DNA of 64,000 bases from an uncultured Methylomirabilota bacterium (GCA_963845565.1 CAWJSJ010000002.1:416001-480000); one strand, 5' to 3'; shown: positions 11,390 through 21,052, counted from the first letter of the stretch. Translations and numbers: made by a program. The notes: generated by a model not told the origin, from the sequence alone.

Positions 11390-11480
11390 CGTCCCCTCCC
11401 GGACCAACCGTGTCCCGACCGCAGTGCGCGCACGATCCGATGGATGACTCGCCGCGCTCTGGGTGCCGCGCGACAGCCTC

Positions 11481-12473
11481 TTATGCTTTCGCGACCCGCT
11501 CGAATTCGGCGAAGACCTCGGCAGGATCGATCGGGCGCTTCACCAGTCCTTGTGCGTACTCCTCCTCGCAGAGGGTCTTGATGAGAGCCCCGTTTGTTTC
11601 CACCCCGTTGGATTGCCAATCGCCTCCGAACATCCGGATGGCCTCTTCGATCTCCTCCTCCATCCATGGGGTCGTCTCTGCCAGGCCTCGTCGCCGCTCC
11701 TGCCACCGCAGCTTGGATCGTTCCAGTGCGCCGTAAAGGCTGCGTGCCACCCAGGGGTAGCGCTCGAAGGTGTCCCGCCGGAGCACGACGATGTGGTGGG
11801 CGGGGTAGATTCCGGTGCGTGCGTAATAGTCCTTCTCGACTCGGCGATAATCTGGATAGAGCCTCACCGTCGGGCCGCCGACCCCGACGTAGCTCCGGGG
11901 GGGCGCCGGGCTCATCATGGCGTCCAGTTCGCCGGACACCAGCATGGCCTCCAGGGTGCGGCCCGGCGGCGTCGGACGCACGTGGGTGGGCAGATCCGTC
12001 TGGGGTTTATGGTGGGCGGCATCGCGACCCGAGTCGTCCATTGGGCCGACCAGCCATTCGATTCGGTCGAGGCTGACCCCCTCCTCTCGGAGCGCTGCCC
12101 GCGTCCACGTGTTGCCCGTGGTCTTCCAGGCATTGAGGCCAATGCGCTTGCCCTCCAAGTCTTTCCCGGACCGCAGGCCGCTGTCGCGCCGCACGTAGAT
12201 GCAGCGATGCCGGAACCCGCGGTAGGCGAAGAAGGGAATCCCGACGAGACCACGCTCGCCTCGCGACAAGCCGATCAGGTAGAGGCTGAAGGAGTACTCC
12301 CCCGCCTCGACTGCCGGACTGGAGAGGAATCGGACCTGGGCCCCGCCACCGGCCATCGTATCCGCCACCCGGTCGAGCGTGAGGGCGATACCCTCGGCAG
12401 CCACATCGCCACAGGCCAGGGGAGCCAGGTAATCATAGTCCTTGCCCACATAGGTGATCGCCACTTCTTGCAC
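11481..12473 (-). CDS. 4,5-dihydroxyphthalate decarboxylase-like protein (periplasmic-binding-protein II fold)
   Basis: Family motifs E-x-S-F-S-x-Y, IPFFAYRGFRH, DLEGKRIG, YYARTGIYPAHHIVV, GVETN. Confidence 0.75.
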   Translation of the reverse strand: MQEVAITYVGKDYDYLAPLACGDVAAEGIALTLDRVADTMAGGGAQVRFLSSPAVEAGEYSFSLYLIGLSRGERGLVGIPFFAYRGFRHRCIYVRRDSGLRSGKDLEGKRIGLNAWKTTGNTWTRAALREEGVSLDRIEWLVGPMDDSGRDAAHHKPQTDLPTHVRPTPPGRTLEAMLVSGELDAMMSPAPPRSYVGVGGPTVRLYPDYRRVEKDYYARTGIYPAHHIVVLRRDTFERYPWVARSLYGALERSKLRWQERRRGLAETTPWMEEEIEEAIRMFGGDWQSNGVETNGALIKTLCEEEYAQGLVKRPIDPAEVFAEFERVAKA

Positions 12474-12540
12474 GGTATCCCCCTTCCGATGCTGCGGCGA
12501 AAATCCGCGGACAGCATCTATGTGCCGCGCTTGGGTCGGC

Positions 12541-13993
12541 TCAGATTCCCGCATAGTTATAAAGCAGGTCGACGCAGAAGCGTTCGGTTTCGGCCGATCC
12601 CGGCACCTTGCCGTCGCCCTCAACCACATAGAACTCGTTGCTGGTCGCCGCACGGTCTCCATACCCCAGAGCGGAGTTACGCAATGCCGGAATTCCCAGC
12701 GCCTTGGGTATGTGTGCCCAAGGTCCCCCGAAGGCGACCATCGGCCAGATCACCGCGGGATACCCATACGCCTCCAAGGTCTTGAGGGTGGCCTGCACGA
12801 CGTCCGCGTGCGGATCGGTTTGTCCCCAGTTGTAGGCACCGTATACGTGAATGCGAATGTCCCTGAACCCCTCGCGGTCCAAGTGCGCCCGCAACTTGTC
12901 GAGGATCTCCTGGGCATCCATGTCGGTGATCATGCGGAGGTCTAGCGTTGCAACGGCAGAATGCGGCAACAAGAATGATTTGCTGCCTGGGCCGATATAC
13001 CCACTTCGCAGGCCGCTAATATTAATCGAGGGGGCGTACAGGTATTCTTCCAAGACCCGTTTGCCCGTCAGGTCGCCCTTGAAGACTTTGACGGGAGCAC
13101 TGGGTGACAGGCCGGGAATGATCGTGTTGGGATCGCTATCGCCAAAGCGGTCCTGCAGTCTTTGGAGCAATGCGCGCTCTGCGGCCCCGATGGTCTTTCG
13201 TTCGTCAAAGACGTGCTCCAACCCCGGCACCACCAGCCGCGTGCCATCTGGCGTTGTCAACGTGGCAAGGGCATGGATCAGTCGCCACGCCGGACTGTCC
13301 ACAATCGCATTGGTGGCGCTATGCACCGACCCGCCGATGGGGCCGCGTCCCCAGGCGTCACCGCTGGCCTCCAGTTCAAGATAGATCAGCCCCTTGAAAC
13401 CCAGGACGACCGAGACTTCCCCTTTGGCATTTTGCGACGCGCCAGGACTCAGCAGGGCCTGGGCCTCTTTCAGGCGGTCTTTGTACACATCGGCCAGCTT
13501 GAGATAATTACAGCTCCCGAGGATTTCCGCGCCTTCGATCAGGAAGAGGACGTTGACGGGTAACCTGCCCTCGACGGTCTTGATGGACTGCAGAGCGTTC
13601 AGCCATGTCTGCAGCGGACCCTTGGATGCGCGCGCGCCCCGGCCCAGGATCACACGCTTGTACGGAGCCATCTCGACCAGTTCGGCCCCAAAGGGCGGCC
13701 AATCCCATGTCTCGTGACCCACCGGACGGACATCATAATGCGAATAGTACAAGATGGTCTTCTGCGCGCCGCTGTCCAGCCTCCCCCAAACACCCGGATA
13801 GGCATCGCCGACCTCGACCAAAGCGGTTTCCTGGCATCCAACCTCGGCGAGATGCTGGCGGACCAGTTCTGCGCACTCGCGCAGGCCCAGGGTCTCCAAG
13901 CTCACACTCGGCTGCCGGACGAGCTCTCCGGATCTTGCCGGTGTGGGCGTCCAGATGTTGGTCTATGTATTCGTAGATGCGTTGACGCGCCAT
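12541..13993 (-). CDS. M20/M25/M40 metallo-hydrolase (dipeptidase/deacylase), frameshift near 13925
   Basis: YSHYDVRP, GRGARASKGP, FLIEGAEILGS, VHS, PSINISGL; N-terminus MARQRIYEYIDQHL lies in another frame. Confidence 0.85.
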
Positions 13994-14114
13994 CGGTCGC
14001 CCTCCCTTCGGGGCCGACACGCCCGAATCCGCGCCCATCGGCGATTGGGAGGCCGGCGCGGCCGAGCGAGCGACGTTCCGTGACAGAGTTCTCCCTTCGA
14101 ATGCCCGACTCCGG

Positions 14115-15148
14115 TCAATACATAAGGTCCGGATTCAGCACGTTCTGTAACTGCTCTCCGGCCAGATAACGGCGCAGGTTTTCGCAGAACAGATCGGTAA
14201 TCCTTCGGTTTTCCCGGTCGCTTGTGCTGGCCGAATGCGGACTGATGAGCACGTTCGGCATTCCCCAGAGCGGGCTGCCCGGAGGAAGAGGCTCCTCGGT
14301 GAACACATCCAATGCGGCGCCACCTAGGTGGCCGGAACGAAGCGCCTCAACGAGGGCGGACTCATCGACTACAGCGCCACGTGCTGTGTTGATGAAGAAG
14401 GCCCCGCGTGGCAGGGCTGCCAACTCTTTCACGCCGATCAGCTTCTCCGTTTGCGGCGTATGGGGCACCATCAACACGAGAACATCCGTCTGGCGCAACA
14501 TCGCCGGAAGACGGTCGAGATCGTAATAGTGATCCACGATGTCGGGCGAAGATTTCAGGTCGGTGCCGATGACGATCATGCCGAGGGCGCGGCACATGCG
14601 GGCGATCTCTGCCCCACGCGTCCTAGGCCCACGATCGCCAATGTTCGCCCCTCCAGGTCGGTGCCCGCGTACCGCTCCCAATGCCGCCGGGGTTGGGCCC
14701 CGATCATACGCATGGCGCCCTTGTAGTGCATCAGCACTGCCATGATCACAAATTCTGCCAATGGTCTGCGGTGCACGCCGCTGGCCGTTGTCATGATGGT
14801 GTTTGGCATGCGGGTGGCATACCCGTTGTCCTTGACGAGAGGGCCGATCCCCGCACTGGTAGCTTGGATCCATCGCGCATTGGGGGCCAGGTCCGGCAGA
14901 TCCGCCCGATGCGTCGGATCAAAATCGAACAGGATTTCCGCCTGAGCGAGAAGCTTTTGCCAGCGTTGTTCTTGTTCCGGAGTTCGCTGGTAGATGGGGT
15001 CGCCGTTGTGGTCGGCGGCATAGCGCGGAGGGCGCAACAGGTCCGGTTCATAGAGCACGGTGAGTCGGTCATCGACCTGACGGATGCGCGCGACCTGTTC
15101 AGGCTCCAGGTAGCTGCAAATCAAGACCGTGTGCGTGGGTGCGTTCAC
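14115..15148 (-). CDS. D-2-hydroxyacid dehydrogenase, frameshifted near 14620-14650
   Basis: WIQATSAG, IVGLGRVG Rossmann motif, FINTARGAVVDE, ALDVFTEEPLP, ISPHSA. Confidence 0.9.
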
Positions 15149-15386
15149 GAGTTCCTCCCCAAGGTGTTGCGGTTTCTTTTGGGCCTTTTCAGGAAAACAT
15201 ATCACGCTACCGATCAGGCCTGGCGCTTGAGAAATCCCTGAACCGTCGCCGCAGAGGGTTGAAAGACTCGACTGAAAGGAGATGCTCACTGAGAAGAAGA
15301 AGTTGTCGCGGCTCGCCCATGTGTCCTGCCTACCTCGCGCCACAAGGCGCTGCGGATCCGGGGGCCACAGCCCAGGACGGGCGTTG

Positions 15387-15416
15387 AGTATCTGCCGAGC
15401 CCTGCGCACGTGTCAA
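15387..15416 (-). promoter_or_regulatory. Candidate sigma70 promoter for the leftward catabolic operon
   Basis: TTGACA-N18-GATACT on the minus strand upstream of 15148. Confidence 0.45.
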
Positions 15417-15471
15417 GCAGGAACCCGTTGAATGCAGAAAGGGGCAGCGCACGGCAAGCCTCCCCAACGGA

Positions 15472-15630
15472 AACGCCACCGGGCTCCCCGCCATCTCCGT
15501 CCCGACGGTTTCACGAGAACGGGGTGCCCACGGGATTCAGTTCATGGGGAGGCCGTACGACGAGAACGGCATCATCGCGGCGGCCAGCGCGTACAGACCC
15601 TGACCGACTGGCACGCCGGCATCCCCCGGG
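15472..15630 (+). pseudogene. Decayed C-terminal fragment of an amidase-signature (GatA-like) gene
   Basis: Across several frameshifts it reads NATGLPAISVP-GF-PTGIQFMGRPYDENGIIAAASAY-TLTDWH, the typical amidase C-terminus; no N-terminal part is present. Confidence 0.6.
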
Positions 15631-15650
15631 AACGTTGGAATATCGAGGAG

Positions 15651-15724
15651 CGTGTCGTCGCTTCTGCCCTGGCTCCTGCTGCGCTTTCCCTTTGTGCCTT
15701 CGTTCGCCCCGCCTCGATTCGCAG
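15651..15724. repeat. Dispersed ~75-85 bp repeat, copy 2 of 3
   Basis: CTGCCCTGGCTCCTGC...CCCTTTGTGCCTTCGTTCGCCCCGCCTCGATTCGCA. Confidence 0.85.
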
Positions 15725-15825
15725 GGGAGAGACCAACTTGGCTTTCGCGCCAATTCATCAATGGTTTCGGGTGCTCTAGGCGAGACTCGCACCATTCGTC
15801 CGACTGTTGGCCCTGTGGGGGCAAC

Positions 15826-16890
15826 CTAATTATGAGCGATTTGTTTGAGGAAAACGGGTAACACTCTCTTGTTCTGAGTGATGGTGATCACGCCGTTGCT
15901 TTGCAACCACGTTTCCACCGCCAGACGCCGGGCGGTTTCGGCTTGACGCTGGGTGTGCACCGCCCGGGCCTGAATGAGCGTCCGGGTCAGTTCGTTGATT
16001 GCATCGAAGATCTCCCTTCGCGTGCGACGAGTATACGCCTGCCGCGCTGACCTCGCATCCTGAAACACCCTGCAGGCAACGTGCCCCTCGAGGCAGCGGC
16101 GGGGGCGATGGTTCAGGGCGTGTGCCAACCCCTCCGCCCAGACCTGCACCTGGGACTCCGGGACGGGGCCATGGGCGAGGATCTGCTCCACCAGCGGCGT
16201 TTTCAGTTCCCGGACCGCGCATTCCATCCCGCCGTTGTAGGGCGGGTACTGGGGGGGCGAGTTCAGCGGCAGGACCAGGTAACGGGCCAGGACCTCATCG
16301 ACCGCTCGCTGATTGAGATTGGACCCGTTGTCGCGCTTGAGCACCAGCGGCGGTCCATGCTGCAAGAACAGCTGTTCCAGGCGCACGGCCACGGTTTCTC
16401 CCAAGACCCGCTCGCCTACCCAGGGGGTGAACTTATAGCGCGAGGCGAGATCCTGCACTTGGTGCAGATGCAAGGTGTGGTGGGCGAACCTCGCCAACTC
16501 CGCGTCGTCCAGCGACCAGACCAGGCCGGGAACGTGCCAAGTGATGTGGCGTAATGCGGCCTGGCGCTGCTGGGCCAGCTCCCGCCGCACCGTCTCGGTC
16601 AGCGCCTGCAGCTCGCGCCGGGAGATCTGCGTGTGGTACTGCCGGTACACGGCCCCGACGCCCCGGCTGCGCTGGCGGCCATGGTGCAGGCCGTACAAGT
16701 CCCCGTGCAGCTCCTCCAGGGTCAGGGGCGCCACCTTCTTGGGACCCGGCCGGAAGACGGCCGGCTGGCCACGCTCCAGGCGGTGCTTCCACCGCCGGAA
16801 GCTCCCATACGGCACCCCCAGGAATCGGCAGAGGCGTCGGTACGGCCAGCGCACCTGGCGCTTCAGTTGGGTCAGGGTCGTCACCACCAT
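15826..16890 (-). CDS. Second DDE integrase/transposase (IS3 OrfB-like, ~354 aa)
   Basis: WSLDD, VQDLASRY, LKRDNGS and YNGGME (DDE triad), LNHRPR; ATG with GAGGTGG upstream; the stop lies just beyond the left IR. Confidence 0.8.
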   Translation of the reverse strand: MVVTTLTQLKRQVRWPYRRLCRFLGVPYGSFRRWKHRLERGQPAVFRPGPKKVAPLTLEELHGDLYGLHHGRQRSRGVGAVYRQYHTQISRRELQALTETVRRELAQQRQAALRHITWHVPGLVWSLDDAELARFAHHTLHLHQVQDLASRYKFTPWVGERVLGETVAVRLEQLFLQHGPPLVLKRDNGSNLNQRAVDEVLARYLVLPLNSPPQYPPYNGGMECAVRELKTPLVEQILAHGPVPESQVQVWAEGLAHALNHRPRRCLEGHVACRVFQDARSARQAYTRRTRREIFDAINELTRTLIQARAVHTQRQAETARRLAVETWLQSNGVITITQNKRVLPVFLKQIAHN

Positions 16891-16900
16891 GGCGGCCACC

Positions 16901-17237
16901 TCAGGCGTTTTTTTTATCCGGCTGCGCCAACCGCTGCCGGATCCGCTCCGTCTGCTCGCAGGACGTCGAGCTTCGCCTGCAACTCCTGGGTCTGGCGCTG
17001 GAGCGCTGCCTTCTCCGGGTCGAGGGGCCGCGGCGGGCGCCCGTGGTCCCGATTGCCCAGTGCCTTCACCATCGCCGCCAAGGCCCGTCGCTCCCACTTG
17101 TAATACGTCTTGCGGGAGATCCCCAGTTGCCGGGCGGCTTCCTGGGCACTCACCACCCCGCTCCGCACCTGCATGATCAGCTGCGCCCGCTGCCGGGCCA
17201 AGGCTTGCTGGTGAGGGCTGGGTTGCGGATCGCTCAT
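16901..17237 (-). CDS. HTH + coiled-coil protein (IS OrfA-like), probable 1-nt insertion near 16958
   Basis: SAQEAARQLGISRKTYYKWERRAL HTH; AGGAGG RBS; removing one base gives LDVLEQTERIRQRLAQPDKKNA-stop. Confidence 0.7.
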
Positions 17238-17267
17238 CGCGGAATCCTCCTGCCCCGCGGGGATGGT

Positions 17268-17609
17268 CTACTTGGCCGGCGGCGGGGCTTTCGGTTCCTG
17301 CAGCTTGGCCAGCCGTTTCTCCAGTCTGGCCATGCGGCCCTTCTGCTGCACCGCCTGGCGCGCCAGCAGCCGCTCCAGTTTCGGGCTCAGCGCGGCTCCC
17401 GGTTCGAGGCGCGTCTGCGACTCCAGCGCCTTGAGCATCGCCGCTAGCGCCCGCTCCTCCCAGTGGGAGAGCACCTTCGGGCTGATCGCCAGCTCCTGGC
17501 AGACTTCCGCCGGGCGCCGCCGCTCGGTCCAGATCGACAGCACCGCCTGCACTCGCTGCTGGGCATTGTACGGCAGCGGCTCCTTCTTGGCTTTGATTTC
17601 CGTGCTCAT
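17268..17609 (-). CDS. HTH protein (IS OrfA-like, 113 aa)
   Basis: YNAQQRVQAVLSIW...PAEVCQELAISPKVLSHWEERAL; strong GGAAGGAGGAG RBS. Confidence 0.72.
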   Translation of the reverse strand: MSTEIKAKKEPLPYNAQQRVQAVLSIWTERRRPAEVCQELAISPKVLSHWEERALAAMLKALESQTRLEPGAALSPKLERLLARQAVQQKGRMARLEKRLAKLQEPKAPPPAK

Positions 17610-17619
17610 GGGCTCCTCC

Positions 17620-18801
17620 TTCCAGGTCGTAGGTGACCTCCTGCTGCGGCCGCGGCTCCGCGCCATCGACGAGCATCTTCACTTGGCCCTTCTCGGCCCG
17701 GATCACCACCGATTGCTCACCCATCCGTCCCACCATGTAGAACGGACTGCGCGGTTGCCCCCGCAGCGCCAGTTCCAGCACGTTGTCCTGAATGCCGCGC
17801 TCGATGACCTGCCGCAGCTCCTGGGCGATCGCGAAGAAGCGATCGGCCGGGCACAACCCCTCCAGGGACTGATGGGGCCGCCGGTGGTTGTAGTGCTTCA
17901 CCCAGAGCCGGATCCGCTCGCCGGCCGACTCGAAGCTGTCGAACTGCGCGCGCACCAGGAACTCCTCCCAGATGGTTTTCCAGAAGCGTTCGATCTTGCC
18001 CAGCGTCATGGGATGGTGCGGGCGGCTCTTGATGTGGTGCACCCGCTCCTTCCGCAACTCCGCCTCGAACCGGGTGGTCCCGCGCCAGCTCGAGTACTGG
18101 CGGCCCTGATCGGAGAGCATCTCTTTGGGCACGCCGTACTCCGCCACCGCCCGGCGGTACACCTCCAGCACGTGCTCCGCCGTCTGGCTGCGGAACACGT
18201 CCAGCCCCACCACGTAGCGGGAGTGATCGTCGAGAAAGCCGATGAGATAGGCGTTCTTGCCGCCCAGCCGGAAGGTGAAGATGTCGGTCTGCCACATCTG
18301 GTTGGGCGTGGCGCGCTCGAAGAAGCGCGGCTGAGGGGGGTTACGCTGGGGTTTGGGGCGAGGTGTCTTGAGGAGCTGGTGCTCGTGTAAGGTGCGGCGC
18401 ACCGTCTCCCGGCTCACCGGCAGAAACAGCACGCGCCGCAGGAACTGGCTGATTTTCTGGATCCCCACGTCGGGATGGCGCCGCTTGAGGTCGACGACTT
18501 TCGTCTTCACCGCCGGGGCCACTTTCGGCCGCTGACGGTTCGGACGTGTCGGCTTCGACTGCAAGCCCGCTTCCCCCTGGGCGCGGTACACCCTCACCCA
18601 CTTGCCCAACGTACTGTGGCCCACGCCCATTTCGCGGGCGACCTGCTCCACGGGGAAGCCTTCCTCCAGGCATAACTGCACCGCTTTGCGCCGGACCTCG
18701 AACGGGTGGGAGTGAGCGTGCGGACGCGTTGACCGCCGCCCCGCCCCCCGCGGGGGATGAGTCCTCTTCCTCTTCCCTTGACCCTCGCTGATCCGTTCCA
18801 T
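17620..18801 (-). CDS. IS481-like transposase (HTH-HTH-rve); the reading frame stays open to 15826
   Basis: VEQVAREMGVGHSTLGKW HTH; WQTDIF, LSDQGRQY and GKIERFW (DDE triad); YNHRRPHQSL; AAGGAG RBS. The 17620 coordinate marks the end of recognisable homology, not a stop. Confidence 0.9.
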
Positions 18802-18898
18802 CGGTAACACTCCTTTCGGTTCCTCCTGGGAACCCCGGCGTTGGAGTGTCACCCGTCTTCCTCAAGGACTTTTGCTCATGATCTGGTCGTTAGCCCAA

Positions 18899-18983
18899 GC
18901 TGTGTCGCCCCTCTGCCCTGGCTCCTGCGGCATGCTCCCCCTTTGTGCCTTCGTTCGCCCCGCCTCGATCCGCAACGGCGCTC
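18899..18983. repeat. Dispersed ~75-85 bp repeat, copy 3 of 3
   Basis: GTGTCGCCCCTCTGCCCTGGCTCCTGCGG...CCCTTTGTGCCTTCGTTCGCCCCGCCTCGATCCGCAACGGCGCTC. Confidence 0.85.
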
Positions 18984-18987
18984 GCGC

Positions 18988-19016
18988 TTGACACCTTTGG
19001 CCGCCTGGGGCATGCT
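18988..19016 (+). promoter_or_regulatory. Candidate sigma70 promoter for the adenosine deaminase cluster
   Basis: TTGACA-N17-CATGCT, ~34 bp before the ATG at 19050. Confidence 0.5.
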
Positions 19017-19049
19017 CGCGACGATTCGCTTCGCAGGGGGATACACCGG

Positions 19050-20079
19050 ATGGCCCGAACGATTCGGCAGATCAGGAAGGTCGAGCTGCACCAGCACGTG
19101 GATGGGTCCATCCCACCCCGGACCGTCTGGCGGCTGATGAAGGGCCACGGGCTCAACCCGGTGCCCACGCTCCGCGAGATGCGGCGGCTGCTCCAGCTCC
19201 AGGAGGACGAGACGGGCTCGCTCCTGGCCTACCTGGACAAGTTCCACTATCCGCTCTGGATCACGCAGTTCTACGAGAACATCGACCGCGTGACGCTCGA
19301 TATCGTGGAAGCGGCATACGGCCACGGCGTGCGACTGCTGGAGCTGCGCTATGCGCCGGCGATTCACACCTACGGAGGGCTCACGCCCCGACAGGCGATC
19401 CGGGCCGTCCTCTCGGGCATGAACACGGCGGTCCGGCGCCACCCCGACCTGGAGATCGGCCTCATCATCATCTCCATGCGCCAGCACGGGCCGCACATCG
19501 CCAAGATCATCGCGCGCCAGGCGCTGGCCGAGGCCCAGCACCTGCACGATCGGGCGGGGGTGGTGGGCTTCGATCTTGCGGGGGCGGAGCGGGGCAACCC
19601 GCCCCGGCTGTTCCGCGACGCGTACGAGATCGCGCGGCGAGGCGGTCTTGGCCTCACCGTGCATGCGGGCGAGGACGAGGGGCCGGAGAACATCTGGGAG
19701 GCGATCGATCTCTTGGGCGTCGACCGGATCGGCCATGGTTGCTCAGCCGTGCGGGACCGGAAGCTGCTCCGCCGTCTTGCCCGTGACCGCATCCTGGTGG
19801 AATGCTGCATTGCGTCGAACTATCAGACCGGCGCGGTGGCGCGGGGGACGCCCCACCCGATTCACGCTTTTCTGGAACAGGGGATCCCCGTCGCCATCTG
19901 CACGGATAACACCACGGTGAGCGGAACCGACCAGACCCGCGAGTGCCGGTTTCTTCTCGACCGCCTCACCGTCAAGGAGATCGAGGCGATCCATCGCGAC
20001 GCGACGATATCAGAGCTTCATCCGGCGGGCGGCGGACCTCGTGGAGCGGGGCCGGCGGGCGCCGGCGCCCCGCGCGTGA
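19050..20079 (+). CDS. add: Adenosine deaminase family protein, frameshift near 20004
   Basis: KVELHQHVDGS, ELRYAP, GFDLAGAE, TVHAGE, DRIGHG, ICTDN; the shifted frame gives SFIRR...TGA at 20077. Confidence 0.88.
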
Positions 20080-20143
20080 CCGGACTCCGGGCGGACGGAG
20101 CCGTTTCCAAGACAACACAGACCGCATCAAGAGGAGTCGCACC

Positions 20144-21052
20144 ATGCCCCAGAAGATCGGCGTCGTCGGCATCGGCATCATGGGCCAGCGGATGTGCAGA
20201 AACCTCGTCAAGGCGGGCTTCCCGGTGGTGGCCCACGATCTGAGCCCGACGGCAAGTCAACTGGCCGCCGCGTTGGGTGCGGGCTTCGCGGCCGACCTCC
20301 CCTCCTTGGCCCGCCAGGCGGACGTCGTCCTCTTGAGCTTGCCCGGTCCCCCGCAGGTCCTCGCGGTGACCGAGGGTCCGCAGGGTCTGCTCGCGCACCT
20401 CCGGCCCGGCGCCCATCTCTGCGACGCCAGCACCGTGGACCCCGGCACCTCTCGCAGGGTCTACGAGGCGGCCCGCGCCAAAGGGATCCATGCCCTGGAC
20501 TGCCCGGTGAGCGGCGGCCCCACCGGCGCCGAGGCCGGAACGCTGACCATCATGGTCGGCGGCGACGCGGCGGCGCTGGAGGCGGTGCGGCCGGTCCTCG
20601 CGGCCATCGGGAAGAAGGTCGTCCACTGCGGCCCCCCGGGCGCCGGCCAGGGGGCCAAGCTGGTCAACCAGGCGCTGGTGGCGATTCACACGGTGTCGGC
20701 GTTCGAGGCGCTCCTGGTGGGCCGCAAGCTCGGCCTTGATCTGGACACGATGGTGTCGATCCTGCGCACCAGTTCCGGCGGCACATGGCTCCTGGAGAAT
20801 CATCTCCGGATCAAGGCCCTGGCCGGGGATTTCGAACCCGGCTTCGCGCTCAACCTGCTCTTCAAGGATCTGAACTTGTTCCTGCAGACGGCCACCGAGG
20901 CGCAGGCGCCCGCCCTGATCGCCGCCTCGACGCTTCAACTGTACAACGCCGCGCGCGCGGCCGGCGGCGGCTTGCGAGATCAGACGGTGGTAGCCAAAGA
21001 GATGGAGAAATTGGCCCAGGTCGAGCTCGGCACGTTGACGCCGGATCGGTAA
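20144..21052 (+). CDS. Beta-hydroxyacid dehydrogenase (3-hydroxyisobutyrate dehydrogenase / GlxR-like)
   Basis: IGVVGIGIMG, DCPVSGGPTGAEAGTLTIMVGG, GQGAKLVNQ, PGFALNLLFKDL; GAGGAG RBS. Confidence 0.92.
   Translation: MPQKIGVVGIGIMGQRMCRNLVKAGFPVVAHDLSPTASQLAAALGAGFAADLPSLARQADVVLLSLPGPPQVLAVTEGPQGLLAHLRPGAHLCDASTVDPGTSRRVYEAARAKGIHALDCPVSGGPTGAEAGTLTIMVGGDAAALEAVRPVLAAIGKKVVHCGPPGAGQGAKLVNQALVAIHTVSAFEALLVGRKLGLDLDTMVSILRTSSGGTWLLENHLRIKALAGDFEPGFALNLLFKDLNLFLQTATEAQAPALIAASTLQLYNAARAAGGGLRDQTVVAKEMEKLAQVELGTLTPDR

Larger units (their letters stand above)
15833..18878 (-). mobile_element. IS3/IS481-superfamily-like element with two DDE domains and two HTH ORFs
   Basis: Imperfect terminal inverted repeats starting TGAGC; core 15845-15866 vs 18844-18865 matches at 20/22; four co-oriented transposition-related ORFs inside; no clear target duplication, so exact ends are uncertain. 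Confidence 0.8.

Noticed and set aside
4861..14873. Programmed frameshifting or pseudogenisation in the catabolic and transport genes
   Set aside because: Indels are scattered across unrelated families without slippery motifs; sequencing error is the simpler explanation.
15826..18852. The 1008-aa ORF as a single bona fide protein
   Set aside because: The middle ~240 aa are a low-complexity shadow of two better HTH ORFs, and continuity depends on a suspected indel; kept only as a hypothesis.
15821..18895. attC-like (ACCTAAT / GTTAGCC) or dif/Xer-like motifs at the IS flanks
   Set aside because: The reconstructed empty site is too short for attC, spacing does not fit XerC/D, and no integron integrase or cassette array is in the window.
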